A stretch of DNA of 63,962 nt, filler included, from Nemertoderma westbladi (taxonomy: Eukaryota; Animalia; Xenacoelomorpha), in assembly GCA_032718475.1 (NCBI GenBank). It is 3 parts of 3 records of this genome, joined end to end, with 100 filler letters (N's around TTAATTAATTAA, not from the genome) between each part and the next. Parts side by side here need not be neighbours in the genome. Positions count along the whole stretch, not along the records: positions 1 to 27,028 come from JAUCBJ010000551.1; 2 more parts are not named here. The stretch is one strand, 5' to 3'. Positions 13,808 to 26,677 of the stretch are shown here, piece by piece. The first letter of the stretch is position 1. Each line of letters opens with the position of its first letter. Made by a program: the position numbers and the translations under genes. The notes under the pieces are model-generated. The model was not told where the DNA came from, made no database searches, and saw only the letters and a list, made by a program, of their open reading frames with translations.

Positions 13808-14080
13808 CTCATTCACCCCCCACCCACACATCCCCTTCCCACTCATTGCCCCCCCCCCCCCACTCATTTCCCCACCCCCACTCATTTCCCCACCCCCACT
13901 CATTTCCCCACCCCCACTCATTTCCCCACCGCCACCCCCCACTCATTTCCCCACCCCCACTCATTTCCCCACCCCCACTCATTTCCCCCCACACACTCAT
14001 TCCCCCCCCCCACCCAAACATTGCCCCCTCACCCACACATTGCCCACCCCCCACCCCCACCTCCCCCCCCCCCCCCCCCT
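13808..14080. repeat. C-rich 18-bp minisatellite (CCCCCACTCATTTCCCCA) in the TNPO3 intron
   Basis: Tandem units merging into poly-C. Confidence 0.9.
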
Positions 14081-14090
14081 ATTAACTAAC

Positions 14091-15069
14091 AGTAATCGAC
14101 GGATTTGTCGAACTCATCCTTGGCAACGGCGTGGAGGTAAGCATCCTCGAGGGTGGGAACGTAACCCCTGAGCATGTCCCCGAGGTTCTGGTAGGTGGAG
14201 AAGTCGTCGCAGGGGTAGATTACCGAACACAAACACTCGGTGGCGTCGAAGTGGAGACTATCGTCGCAGTTGGGGTCGCGCAAGGTCGCGAACGCCTTGT
14301 CTAGGATAGCAGACTGGAGTAGCAGATCCACCGGAATGGATCCGATCTCGAACCAGTTACCCAGGCAGTGGTAGACCTTCCCCTGGATCCTGGTGTTGTC
14401 CACGCACTGTGTCTGACACGCGACTAATAACTCGAGAACGATCTGGGAGGACTCTTTCAACTGCTTTTTGATCTCGGTTCGACGGTTCTCGCCCAGTTTA
14501 AGGTGTTGCGAGTTGACCTCTTCCGGGAGGAGGGTAAGCAGTTCCAGTAGGACCTTGAGGTAGACGGCGTCGCGGGAGAACCTCCCGATAAAGTCCCGGG
14601 CCGGGTGCTGCCACGAGGTCATCTGGAGGGCCAACTCTACCAGGGACAGACAGACCTGCGTGGCGACGGCGTTGTGTTGATCCGAGGTCGTGTTTCGGGC
14701 GAGTCTCTCGAGATGCGCGATTAAACTGTCTCGCAACGAAGATTGCGCCTCTTCCGAAGGAAGCTCTTGGAAATTCTTTAACAGTTTTGTTTTCAGAGTT
14801 TGCGCCGCGAAATATGGGAAGTTTGAATCTGAGGTGTCGGACAGCAACTCATCGCAAAGTTTCCAGGAATAAACGGATTGCTGGAAATGTTCCAGCCACT
14901 TCGAAGCGTTTTCTTTCTTCGAGGAATCCTGTGACTCATAAAGGACTTTTAACATTTGCCTCGTTTCATCCAAAGACGGGATCCATTGCCCGTCAGTACC
15001 ATGATTTTCCAATCGAGATTTTGTGCCCATGTCACAGTCGCCCCCATTTGCGTTTGCGTGGTATGCCAT
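14091..15069 (-). CDS. TNPO3: Transportin-3 exon 1 (importin-beta N-terminal/Xpo1-like region)
   Basis: ASKWLEHFQQSVYSWKLCDELL, YFAAQTLKTKL, LLELLTLLPEEVNS..LGENRR. Donor GTTAGT at 14090 (phase 1). Spliced CDS is 951 codons plus stop. Confidence 0.95.
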
Positions 15070-17579
15070 TGTATTAAAATATTTACAATTTCAGTTCTGC
15101 AGTGATTACCAGATTACAGTAGTTGGGTGTAGTTGTAGTTAGGCTATCGAAGACTATCAGCAGTTTCAGGTACTACCTACTGACCTACCAGCCTACTGCC
15201 GTAGAGCATAGAGATGGCCTTGGTTCTGGACTTAGAAAGCATAATCAGATAATGCAGTAATGCTGTAAATGTCTGCAGATACCACTGGGCAGGGCACAGC
15301 AGCACAGGGACAGCTGGGCCTGGGACTGGATACTGCAGTCAGGTGTCAGGAACACTGGTCACAGTTTTAAGTTTTCATATTGATCTACCTGAGATACTCC
15401 TAAGTGCAGCTACTGCCTGGGTTATCTTCTCCCTCCATCAGTCCATAAACATAATTGTCCAATTATGATTATTGCCAGTTTTTCTTCCTCGTGTTATTTA
15501 TTTACATTATATTTTATGCGTGCAGTTCAGCAGTTAGTACTGTAGTATATGCATTTTTACTTGTCGTGCAGTTATTTGGAGTGTCTATTACAATTACAAT
15601 TTGTACAATTTACAGCCAGCATGTGTCCGCGGAAAATGCTCTCAGCTGCTCAGAGTGAAATTTCTCCATAGAAAACAATGCTAAATCATTTGAAAACCGG
15701 CATTGAAATTTTATCATTGGCATTATAAAAATTATGCCATTAGAACTGTAGAACCGCCATAAAATTATGTATAAATTAATTTGAGAATTAGAATCTCATC
15801 GTTGGGATAACTACCGTATCCAGGTATCATTAATATTAAAAGTAAAAATTGTCACCTTATGTGCCCAGCTTGCCAGCTTCTGCTTTGAGGACTAGTGAAG
15901 TTACTGAGTTACAGCCAAATTATGTCCGAAAATATAATCACAGCCTGTGAAGGACAAATAGTGGCTGCACGGACACTTTCTGGCTGTAAATATGTGGATA
16001 ATTTTTGGCTGAGCGGTGACCAGTCTGCCAGTGTTCCTAACTGGGTGTACTGGCAGACTGGTACGGCTACGGCAGTACGGGTACCGGTCAGCCGGTGCGC
16101 GGTGCGGTACCGGTACTTTAGTTTCAAGCTTTCAACCGTTCTGTCTTTCTGTTGGTCGTTGTGTCTTCCTGTCTTCAGTCTGCCTGTCCTGGAAAGAGGA
16201 GAAGACCACCCAGGCAATATAGCACTTACGGGGGCCCGAAAATTGAAATTATCGGTCAAAGTGGCAAAAATCTTGAAAATCAATATCCATTAATCGAACT
16301 AATCCTCTGTCAGACGTCTGTCTGTCGGCAAACTGGCAAATGTTTGTTGCTAATAAATAAAGAATAACGATTAGTTTCGGATTCCACTACTACACTAGGC
16401 CTACACTACAATACAACAGTACCGGTAGTTCAGTATGCCACCTCACTAGTCAGATATAGTTGTAGTTAGTTACATATGCCACTACTGTAGCTGTGTAGTA
16501 TAATATAGCATGTTATTGCTTTGTCAGGTTTGGGCACTAATAGTTTGTGTAACCATTTTGACCAACTTTGATAAATTAATGTTAGAATTGTTTTTTCTTG
16601 AATATGGTTGGCTGACATTCGATTTAATGGTAGCTACAGTAGAAAATGTTGTTTGGTAGCTATAGTGTTTTTATAAGGTATAATTTAAAAAACTTATTAA
16701 TATTCTAGCTATATACAGTAGTGTTGTAAAAGCACCATAAAACAAAAAATATATTGCAATTTTTATTAAACCCTCATGTATTTTTAAAAACACTAACTAC
16801 AGTACCTAAAAAAATGTACAAGATTTCACTCAATCTAATACCAGTCAACCATCATCCCTAAAATCAATAAAAAAAAATGAAAAAACGTAATGCGAAAAAT
16901 TGATTTATCTTATGGTCACATAAGCTATAGTAGTGCCCAGGTTTGGTAATGTTATTTATTCTAAAATGTTGTTGCCATAGCACTTTGCAGAATGTTTTTA
17001 ATACGAATGAATATTTTTATATGAATAAATTATATTATCATTAATATATTAAAATGCCGTACACCGTGACCCGTAATATATATAGTGTCATTTTCTGATG
17101 ACACGGACCCCCCCCCCAGATTTTTCTACAAATCTTTATCATTTTGCTTGAAATTTGAAACACAACTAGTTCCACTCACCGTCGATGACCCAATGAGGCT
17201 GGAATTTTAGATTTTGCCTTTATATTTTTTTTATAAGCGTTTTAAAAAAGGTGACTTTTGCGTGCACTCTCCGTATCAGGCAGGGGCGGATCCAGGAATT
17301 TAATTTATACTGTATGATGCGCGAAAATCGTGAAGTTGTCAGTTAAATTGTCAGTCTTTTGGTCTGCGGGCGCTGCCCCTGCGATGTCTGGGGAGGGGTA
17401 TGTGAGGGGGTGGGGGGGGGGGGGGGGGGGGGGCTAAGTAAATTTAAGTAAGTAAGCATTTTTATTTAGATTTTAATATAACAATTTTGATGCAAAAATA
17501 ATAAAATGTTTCAATCGATTATCTGACATTTTCTATTGATTATTGATGATTTTCGAAAACTAAAAATAATTTTTTTTTA

Positions 17580-19515
17580 TGTTAATTGCTTTTTTTGCTT
17601 GCTTGAAACTTGGCTCGATGATAGCGTTTCTGATGAAGAAATTTATATTGATAATTACGTAGTTTTACGTAAGGATAGGGACAGACACGGTGGTGGTGTC
17701 TGTACTTACATTCGATGTGATGATGACGAAGTTTTACTGGTAGAACTTTTACTTCCTAAAACTAAACCTATTTTAATCGGTACCAATTAAAGAAATTAGT
17801 CTTAACAACGCACTGAGCCCTGGATGACCTCGGGTATTCTTAGTAATATCAGAGAAAGAGATAACTATTTGTATAAATTTAGGAAATACCGTGTTTTAGC
17901 TGATTATAATAATTACTGCAAATATAGAAACCTTGTCCAACGGGAAATAAAAAAAGCTAAATCTGAATATTTGTACAACAAAATAAGTGAGAATAAAGAT
18001 AATCCTAAAAGTCTATGGTCTACCCTAAAATCTTTAGGTTATAAAAACCTTAAATCTAAATCGAATATTGTTCTGCAAGATAACGGTGAGCTGATTCATG
18101 ATCATACTCTAGTTAGTAATTTATTTAATAATTATTTTACTAATGTTGCCTCTAATTTAGTTAAGAAATTACCGTTATCAAGTAATAAATATAGTATAGG
18201 GTCCGAAACTCTAAATAATTTTTATGTAGAAAAGTTACAAAATTCAGAAAAGTTATTTTTAAAACCCGTTTCTGAGGATTTCGTTTTTCAAAATCAACTT
18301 AGCCTATCAGCCTCAAATAGTACCGGTCTAGACCTAATACCTGCCCGTTTTCTTAAGGATGGTGCTGAAGTACTTAAAGTGCCTATTACTTTTATTATTA
18401 ATTACTCTATCGTAGATAATGTAGTACCAGACGAACTGAACTTAGCTAAGGTTGTTCCTCTGTATAACAAGAATAGTAAAGTAGAACCCTGTAATTACAG
18501 ACCTGTTAGTATCTTAAGTATTGTATCTAAAATTCTAGAACGTTCTGTTTTTCTACAGCTGGAAGCACATCTTAGTAGGCTAAATCTGATCTATGAACTT
18601 CAGTCCGGTTTTCGTAAATCATATTCTACAGACACCTGCCTTATTAACTTAACTGATACAATTAGATGTAACAACGCAAAGGGTTTATATACTGGTATGG
18701 TAATGTTGGACCTACAAAAGGCTTTCGATACTGTAGATCACGAAATTCTGCTTGGTAAGTTAGGCCTGATGGTTGTAGGTTCTATAGACTGGTTCAAGTC
18801 CTACCTGTCAGACAGAGGTCAAACTGTAGTACTGTAGCAAATCGCAGTCTACTGTACAAGAGATTACCTGTGGTGTACCACAAGGTAGTATATTAGGTCC
18901 TCTGCTTTTTGTATGCTATGTAAATAATATGATAAGTAGTATAGATCCCGATTTTAAACTCATTTTATATGCCGACGACAGTGCTCTTATTTTCTCTCAT
19001 AAAGATCCTATCCATAGTTCCCAAAAGTTAAGTGCAGTTCTAGAATCCTGTAATGAGTGGTTGGTTGATAATAAGCTATCCATTCACTACGGTAAGACTG
19101 AATGTATTTTATTTGGTTCCAAAAGAAAGTTAAAGAAGGTAACTAAGTTTGGAGTCACTAGTAATGGACATAAGATTGAAAATAAAAAGGAAGTTAAATA
19201 TTTGGGCGCCACATTGGATAACTGCTTATCAGGAGAAAGTACAGTGAAAAATATTTTCTCGAAAGTTAACAGTAGGCTTAGGTTTCTATACAGAAATAAA
19301 AATAGTTTAAACACCGACTCCCGCAAGTTACTTTGCTCTTCTGTAATACAGTGTCACATGGACTATGCATGCTCTTCTTGGTATGAAGGCTTATCCAAAC
19401 AGCTTAAATGTAAATTACAAGTAGCTCAGAATAACCTAGGCACCACCTAACTCCAGATGACTTTTCTGAATCTGGACTACTTAACTTAGATAGTAGAGTT
19501 AAGCAGCTACGCCTG
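17580..19515 (+). mobile_element. Decayed CR1/L2-like LINE (partial APE endonuclease, internal deletion, RT)
   Basis: LETWL..RKDRDRHGGGV; NYRPVSILS, QSGFR, LDLQKAFDTVDH, GVPQGSILGP, YADD, KYLG; stop and frameshift near 18835. Confidence 0.92.
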
Positions 19516-20062
19516 AAGGGGCCGTTCACAAATCAGCTGACACTTTTTCAGGCCATTTTTGACACCCCCCCCCCCCCCCCCCCCCCTCGTGTGACACCTT
19601 GATGACACTTTGGTTTGACCCCTCCTGACCCCTCCCCCCCTATGCTGACGCGTCAGCTTTAATATAATGCGATAAAAATAATTACAATGTCGTAAGGCAG
19701 TACTTCTCAGGATTAATTACTTCTTGATTCTTTTGATAGTCTGAGTAATTCATAATAAAACTTGATTAAACATTTACAAATAAAAACTTTATTAAACACT
19801 AAATATGCAAACAGTATTATACACTACAATTACAGTACATCAAAACTTAATCATCGTCATCAGCCTCAACAAGGTAGAACAGAGAAGAGAAACTTATAAA
19901 TACCTATACCTTAATTACTTACCTATATACATACCCAATTGTGGATTTCCCATGTCTACTCTTCTCGATGGCTTAGTCAATTTATTATCTGATGATACAA
20001 ACATGAATTAATTATTTCAAAGTGGTCTTAAGTCTTTCACCACGGGCACTCAGGGAAATGCC

Positions 20063-20195
20063 GGGGTCTGGGGGCGATAACCCCCAAGAAAAGAAGCGGG
20101 GGTTTGGGGGCGGCAGCCCCCAAGAAAAGAAGCGGGGGTTTGGGGGCGGTAGCCCCCAAGAAAATAAGCGGGGGTTTGGGGGCGGCAGCCCCCAA
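20063..20195. repeat. 36-bp G-rich tandem repeat (GGGGGTTTGGGGGCGGCAGCCCCCAAGAAAAGAAGC)
   Basis: About 3.5 direct copies. Confidence 0.85.
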
Positions 20196-20368
20196 TTAAA
20201 AGAAATTAAAAGAATTAAAGGAATTAAAAGAAAAACAAACAAAATTTGACTATAAAAATGTTTCTTTTATAATTTTGAAGAAACTTGTCTTGATACAACT
20301 TGTCCTGTAACCATCTTTAACTTTTGTTTATTGCTTTGATGCACCCAGATTAATTTTAACACTTTAAC

Positions 20369-20475
20369 TGGGGGGGAAGTGTCCGGGGGGGCAAGTGTCC
20401 GGGGGGGAAGTGTCCTACTTGGGCGGGGGGAAGTGTCCGGGGGGGAAGTGTCCGGGGGGGAAGTGTCCTAGATCC
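20369..20475. mobile_element. End of a non-autonomous DNA element with GGGGGGAAGTGTCC subrepeats
   Basis: Ends in GTCCTAGATCC, the same terminus as at 39412-39422. Confidence 0.55.
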
Positions 20476-20616
20476 ATAAAGGACCCCCTTGGAAATAAAC
20501 TGCAAAGCTTTAGGGGTAATCCTATATGTTATGTTGGACAAAACCTTTATACCGGTACATTGTTTGGTGTATTTGTTATTGTTTTTACATAATGTATAAA
20601 TAAATCTATCTATCTA

Positions 20617-21093
20617 ACATACTGGACACACCTCACGCCAACAAACTTTGACAAATTAGACAAAATTAAAGCGGATTAACTTAAACGCTGCATGGGTCTC
20701 CATAAATCGACACAAAACCGACTTGCTCTCGCCCTTCATCTACAGGAACCCTTCTGTGTCGAATCTTAGGTTACATTAAATCTGCCCAGAACATTGGCCT
20801 CTATGAACAATACGTCGAACTCCAAGCGATTAAAGTGGCGAATTCCCTCCTGAATTCTGGCAATCACCGGGTTTTACAAACAGAAACTGGACAGCCACCG
20901 CCACGTGACAACCCGCTTTAGTTGCCATGGGTTCCACCACTTAATCTGTTGTACAACGGGATATCACGCCCCAGACATTGACTGTAGGTGCCGTCTGTGT
21001 GGGGATACCGCCGCACTTGATCATCTCACTGAGTGCACCGCGAACCACGAGCCACTTCGACACTGGGCAACATTGTCTTGCCCCACCCCCTAG
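20617..21093 (+). mobile_element. 3' remnant of a non-LTR retrotransposon ORF2
   Basis: Frameshifted DKLDKIK..LKRCMGLHKST then CRLCGDTAALDHLTEC (C-terminal CCHC finger). Confidence 0.6.
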
Positions 21094-21243
21094 TTTGCCT
21101 ATTTTAAACTCGGACCTTTATTTATTTATTTTAATTAAATCGAATCTGTTTTAAAATACTGTGCTGTGCATTTAATTCTCATTTTATTTCTTATTTTACT
21201 GTGCCGACACCATGGCGTGATTCTTTAATATATATACTGTATA

Positions 21244-21645
21244 TATCCAATATTGGTTTATGTAGTTAAGCGGCTCTTTAGTTACGTAATAAATATTCGA
21301 GAACACTAAATTACTTTAACATTGAGTAAGTCAGCATCAGGAGTTGAAGAGCACGAATTATTTGAATCGCAGTAACTATGGAAGCAATATAGTAAAACAC
21401 TACAGTACAATTTATTTTGTAACACAACTGTACTGTAGTATATCGCTGTTTTATTACAGAATTTAGCAACAAAAAAGTACCAATTTAAGAATAAAATTAC
21501 GTATTACAGGGGAAAAAACGTATAACTTTTGTTCAATATTCTCTTGACCGTTTATTAACCTCGCTGACGCTCGGTAAATAAAATGCCTCGAGAATAATGA
21601 AAAAAAGTTATACTTGTAATGCAATTCCTATGTAATAAATAATTA
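21244..21645. repeat. Uninterrupted copy of the dispersed hairpin repeat
   Basis: Matches 5284-5304 joined to 6106-6475. Confidence 0.85.
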
Positions 21646-21711
21646 CTTTTCCTGAACTATCAGAAATAACAAAGCAACATCCATCTTGTTTGTCCATCAT
21701 GAAATTAAATG

Positions 21712-22977
21712 TTTTATTGTGGGGCGAGCCACGAAGTTGGCGGAGCCTTAGCGAATTGACACTGTTAGGGGGTGGGTCAATTTATGCAAATAGTTGTCGT
21801 CGTCGTCGTTGTCGTCGTCGTCGTCGTCGTTGTCGTCGTCGTCGTCGTTACGATTTTGACATGCTAATAACTTTGTCGGATTTAAAGCTGCCAAGTTGAA
21901 AATTTGTAGGTATCAATATGAGCAAAAGTTGAGATTTTTGAGAGACTTTCAGACATCATCAGTGCAATGGTCTCCCGCTAGAGGGCCACATGTCTAAACA
22001 TTAAATGGCCACCCATTTCTTTGCTTTTAATCCGTTTAAGCTGAAACTTGGGAAGTATGTACTAGACCATTAGCTGTAAATTTCAAAGGAGGCTAATCTG
22101 TCTGCAGTTCTCCAGTCTGCCGCTAGAGGGCGAAATGTCCCGAATGTGAAATTATTCTTCCATTTAGTTGTTTATGATCTGATTACGCTGAAACTTGTCA
22201 TATATGTACTAGATGACATCCTGAGTCTTTGTGTGGATTGTAATCGGTCCGAAGTTTTCCAGTCTGCCGGTAGAGGGCCACATGTCTAAACATTAAATGG
22301 CCACCCATTTCTTTGCTTTTAATCCGTTTAAGCTGAAACTTGGGAAGTATGTACTAGACCATTAGCTGTAAATTTCAAAGGAGGCTAATCTGTCTGCAGT
22401 TCTCCAGTCTGCCGCTAGAGGGCGAAATGTCCCGAATGTGAAATTATTCTTCCATTTAGTTGTTTATGATCTGATTACGCTGAAACTTGTCATATATGTA
22501 CTAGAAGACATCCTAAGTCTTTGTGTGGACAGTAATCAGTCCGGAGTTTTCGAGTCTGCCGCTAGAGGGCGAAATGTAGGAAAGTGATAACCTTCGCGAA
22601 TTCCTTGATCTTAATCTATTTAAGCTGAATTTTGGAATATACAGTACCGGTATGTACTAGACCACATGCCTCGTCTTTGTGAGGAAGGTGATCGATCCGT
22701 AGTTCTTTAATATGCCGCTAGAGGGCTAAATGTATGAAAGTGAAAACCTTCCAACATTTCGTTATTTATGATCCGTCAATCGGAAACTTGGTAGATATGT
22801 AATAGACCATAGGCTGTGGCTTTGTAGGGAAACTAATCCTTCCTTCTTCAGTTACCCAGTCTCCCGCTAGAGGGTTAACGTTTTCCGGGAAAATCTTCTC
22901 CTATGTTTTTATAATCCTTTCGAGTTGATACTTAGCATTAACTCATTTCACGTGCTGCGCGAAGGCCCCACTTCGTG
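21712..22977 (+). mobile_element. Helentron/DINE-1-like non-autonomous element
   Basis: T-rich start; GTGGGG and CACGAAGT near the 5' end mirrored by CCCCACTTCGTG at the 3' end; (CGT)n at 21795-21848; central tandem repeats of about 146 bp. Confidence 0.7.
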
Positions 22978-23572
22978 TATACTGTATATGTAAAGTAATT
23001 ACAATGATTTCTTATAAATTAATTACTCCATAACAGATAAAAAATTATACAAAAACACAAAAATCATCAAAAACCTGTCTAGAACATTACCAAATAAAGA
23101 GATAGCAAAAAGTAGCTGGTATAAAACTTTTGAGGGGGATGTACATATAACACAAAATTACCAAATAACAAACATACCATTAAAAAATACTTACGTGATC
23201 GGGGCCTAAGGGAGATGGTGTATATAAACAACGCGCCTTTAAATATCCATTTAATGTTCTAGAACATTGATGAAGAACAATCCGTGATATTTCGATTTAT
23301 ATTTAACATAATTCGCTGTTTTTGCTATTGAATTCCTAGAATCTTCCCATGACATGGCCAGTTAATAGTTTAATACTGGGTAGGCGGATGGCATCATAAT
23401 ATAACTAGGATTATAGCCGCTGATAGGCTGGACTAGCAGGTTACCGTAACGACGCCCCAAACAGTAGGTCATATGAACGGTAGCCTACTAGGTACGGAAG
23501 GTCGGGAGGAAAAAGTATAGGGATATAAGTTGGTGTCGAACATAAAGCCTATCGTCAGTTCGTACATATTGT

Positions 23573-24897
23573 CAGTGCCGGATTATGGCACATTTTAGTA
23601 ATTTCCAAAAATGGCCCGAAAATAATTTTATTTTAGTATACAGTATTAATGGGACCATTACCCCAAATCTATTTGTTTTATTTATAAAACTATTATTCTG
23701 AAACTTTAATACAATTATCTGTGATCTTTTATATACTATGAAAACTGAGTATGGTAAAATGGAGCTAGATATGTACGCTATCTTCTATGAAAATTTTAGC
23801 ACAAAATTATTGTTTTTGAAAAATATATGGGGGTTTTAGAATGTCCGGGCTATATTTTGGGAATCTAATATTTTGTGATAGACAAAGGGTAGCAGTTACA
23901 ACATCGGTTCTAGAAGATCCAAATGGCCATGTTTTACAAACCAATATTAACGATTGTTTCATTGATTCATTTCATTTCTGTGGGGGTTATAGTTGGCCCC
24001 CTTAAGCTGAATGGTCCCTGTAGGTATTTAACAATTTTGATCGGATCGTGGGAATGTGTTATTTATTTGCTGTAGGGTAGGTTTCGCAGGGTGTGCAAAG
24101 ATATAATATTTCTGATCTATATTTGAACTTGCTAAGAAAGTAATGTTCTTCGATAAGAGAATCTCGGAAATAAGTACTTTTTGTCACTAATTTTAATTTA
24201 CCCAAATTCAATTGTGCTGTCCGAGAGTTTTAGATTTTGCAGGAATTGCACCTAAAATGCCATCGAATGCAAAATGCAATAAACGAGGGCAGAACATCTG
24301 AATTTCGGTTAAATTAAATTACAGTAGTGACAAGAAGTTATTTCTGACACGTTTTTTTTTTATCAACAACTAATTTATCCTTTTTTTTTATCTATTAGGG
24401 CCTATATTTATAAAACTCGTTTCCGGTAAAAAAATATTAATTTCGCACTACCATATCTCCACGCCATACATTTACTATGTACAGTATTTCCAGTATGTCA
24501 TCACGTCATTATTTGGTTGTTCTATAAAGTTTAAGAGCATAACTACAAATAATCCCCCACAAATAAATAAAATTAAATTCTCCATTGTTCATAATTAGCA
24601 CTTTAAAGTTTTACTACCCATGTTTTATTATTTCCCTGCCATCAGGTTTCGAACTAATAAAGCAGCAGCTGTCGGTCGACTGAGCTAGAATTTTGCAATT
24701 TCTATCACAAATTTAGGGATAGATAGTAGTCGAAAGATGCACTTTCTTGATCTGTATTCTACAAATAGTGAAAAAAATGTAGACTTTTCAGATAAAAATA
24801 TTTTTTTTTCACAAGAATGACTGCTGAGAAAAAATGGCCCGGATTTTCGGCTGGCCCTAAGGCCCGTGCCTTATGCCTTAAGGTTAATCCGGCACTG
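23573..24897. mobile_element. Non-autonomous hAT element
   Basis: TIR CAGTGCCGGATTA / TAATCCGGCACTG with a perfect 8-bp TSD CATATTGT (23565-23572, 24898-24905). Confidence 0.92.
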
Positions 24898-25776
24898 CAT
24901 ATTGTGAATATCTTAGACACTTTTCATGACATCTCAGGATTTACATAATATTATATTTCTTCACCTATTATAAATGTAGACATAGACTATGCGGTGCGAA
25001 CCCCTTCTATAGGGTGCAATAATGTCGATTATCATAATTATCCTTCGAAAAATATGATGGTGATGTGATTTTAATATATACCGACTTACTAACTCACATT
25101 AACTTGTTTTACTTTCAATATACCAGATTAACTAAAAATTTGTTATTAACGAAAAAACTTGTATTGAATACCAAAAAGTACAGTAATATTATTTACACAT
25201 AACATAAAGTATAAAATAACTGGAAAATATACTAAAATAATTCGAATCAAACAACTAATTTTTGCATAAACATTTGTTTATTATAATGTTGGCAGTGTAA
25301 TTTGTAGAAAAGCTAAATTAATTATTATGACACAAAATAATTAAAAAAAGTAATACAATAATGATTGGCAAATGTTATAATAAGCAGACTTGTTATTTAT
25401 AGACCTGCGTCGACCCTGGATGGTGGTTTGTACTTGTGTGTGCAGGGGACGACCGCTCGCATTCAGTAATGAACATCTGGCCACCAATTTATACTACAAT
25501 TTAGTGAAAGTTGGGGGTGAAGGCCCTTGTCTGTTTGTGTAACGCCCTCGTCTGTTTGTGTAATTACCAATTATTATTCCTATGATTTAATTTTAGTTAT
25601 AATAATTATTATGTAAATGTCCGACACTCAGACGGTGTTAAATAACTTATGACTGATCGGTTTATTGTTTTGGTTCAGATTACTTGGTCAGATATCAACC
25701 CTATTAATTAAATTAGTACCGGTATGTATATGTCACCATGTACACTAGAGTTGAAACAGTAAACAACTCTAATGTA

Positions 25777-26052
25777 CACCATGTCCTGGAATATAGTTTC
25801 GTTATTCAGTTACCTGGACCGGACGATTTGTATAAAAATTTGTGGGGGGGGGGGGGGGGCACAAATTTTTATACAAATCGTAATTTGATTGCTGAAATTT
25901 GAAACAGAGTTAGTTTCACAAAAATTCTGGCTCACCCACTAACGAGGAGGGAGATGAAAAATTGGATTTGTAGAACAATTTTTGGGGGGGGGGGGGGGGG
26001 GGGGGGGGGGGTCAGCTACCTGAATAACGACACTATATTCTAGGACACGGTG
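25777..26052. mobile_element. Tc1/mariner-type MITE
   Basis: TA|CACCATGTCCTGGAATATAG ... CTATATTCTAGGACACGGTG imperfect TIRs; internal poly-G. Confidence 0.75.
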
Positions 26053-26677
26053 TGTAATAATATTTATTATTTAAATTTAGATTTCTGGCAAGCGCCGCCG
26101 TGCGGGTTCATTTAAAATGGGTCACAACGTAAGGAGGAGTGTCTCTGTAGACTGTGAGGGGACCCGCTGGGGATATAAAACATGCAGTTTCATGCACCAG
26201 CACGAGTCTCTTCAACACTCTGAGACAACCTTCAGACCCGCTATGTATTTGGATTCTACGTAAACTCTAAAACCCGACCTAATCAATTAATCATTTATTT
26301 TAATTTTAACAATTTTTGCAATTTTACTATCCATGAGGATAATAAATAAAGCCAAGAAATCGAGATTCATTATTTAAATTTAATGTCATTAGATTGTGGC
26401 TTTAGGATTGATACCGCCGATACACTCACTACCCAAATGGTATCAAATAAACGATGACTATTGACGGTAGTGTTGGTGGCCGTTGGTCAAATTAATTTTG
26501 AACGTAACCAGCTGTTATTTGCGTCGAATAGCCACTGGGGAGGGTTTAATTTTGTGAATTAATTTTTGAGAATTAATTTTTGCCCCATATCCCCATCAGC
26601 CGATTTTAAGACCCCAGTAGGTATTGACGGTCGTCCCCTACACTCTACCTACACTCTGCACGACAGTCTGCCGTTGT

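Noticed and set aside
13711-14089. Pro/His-rich ORFs
   Set aside because: Translations of the C-rich intronic minisatellite.
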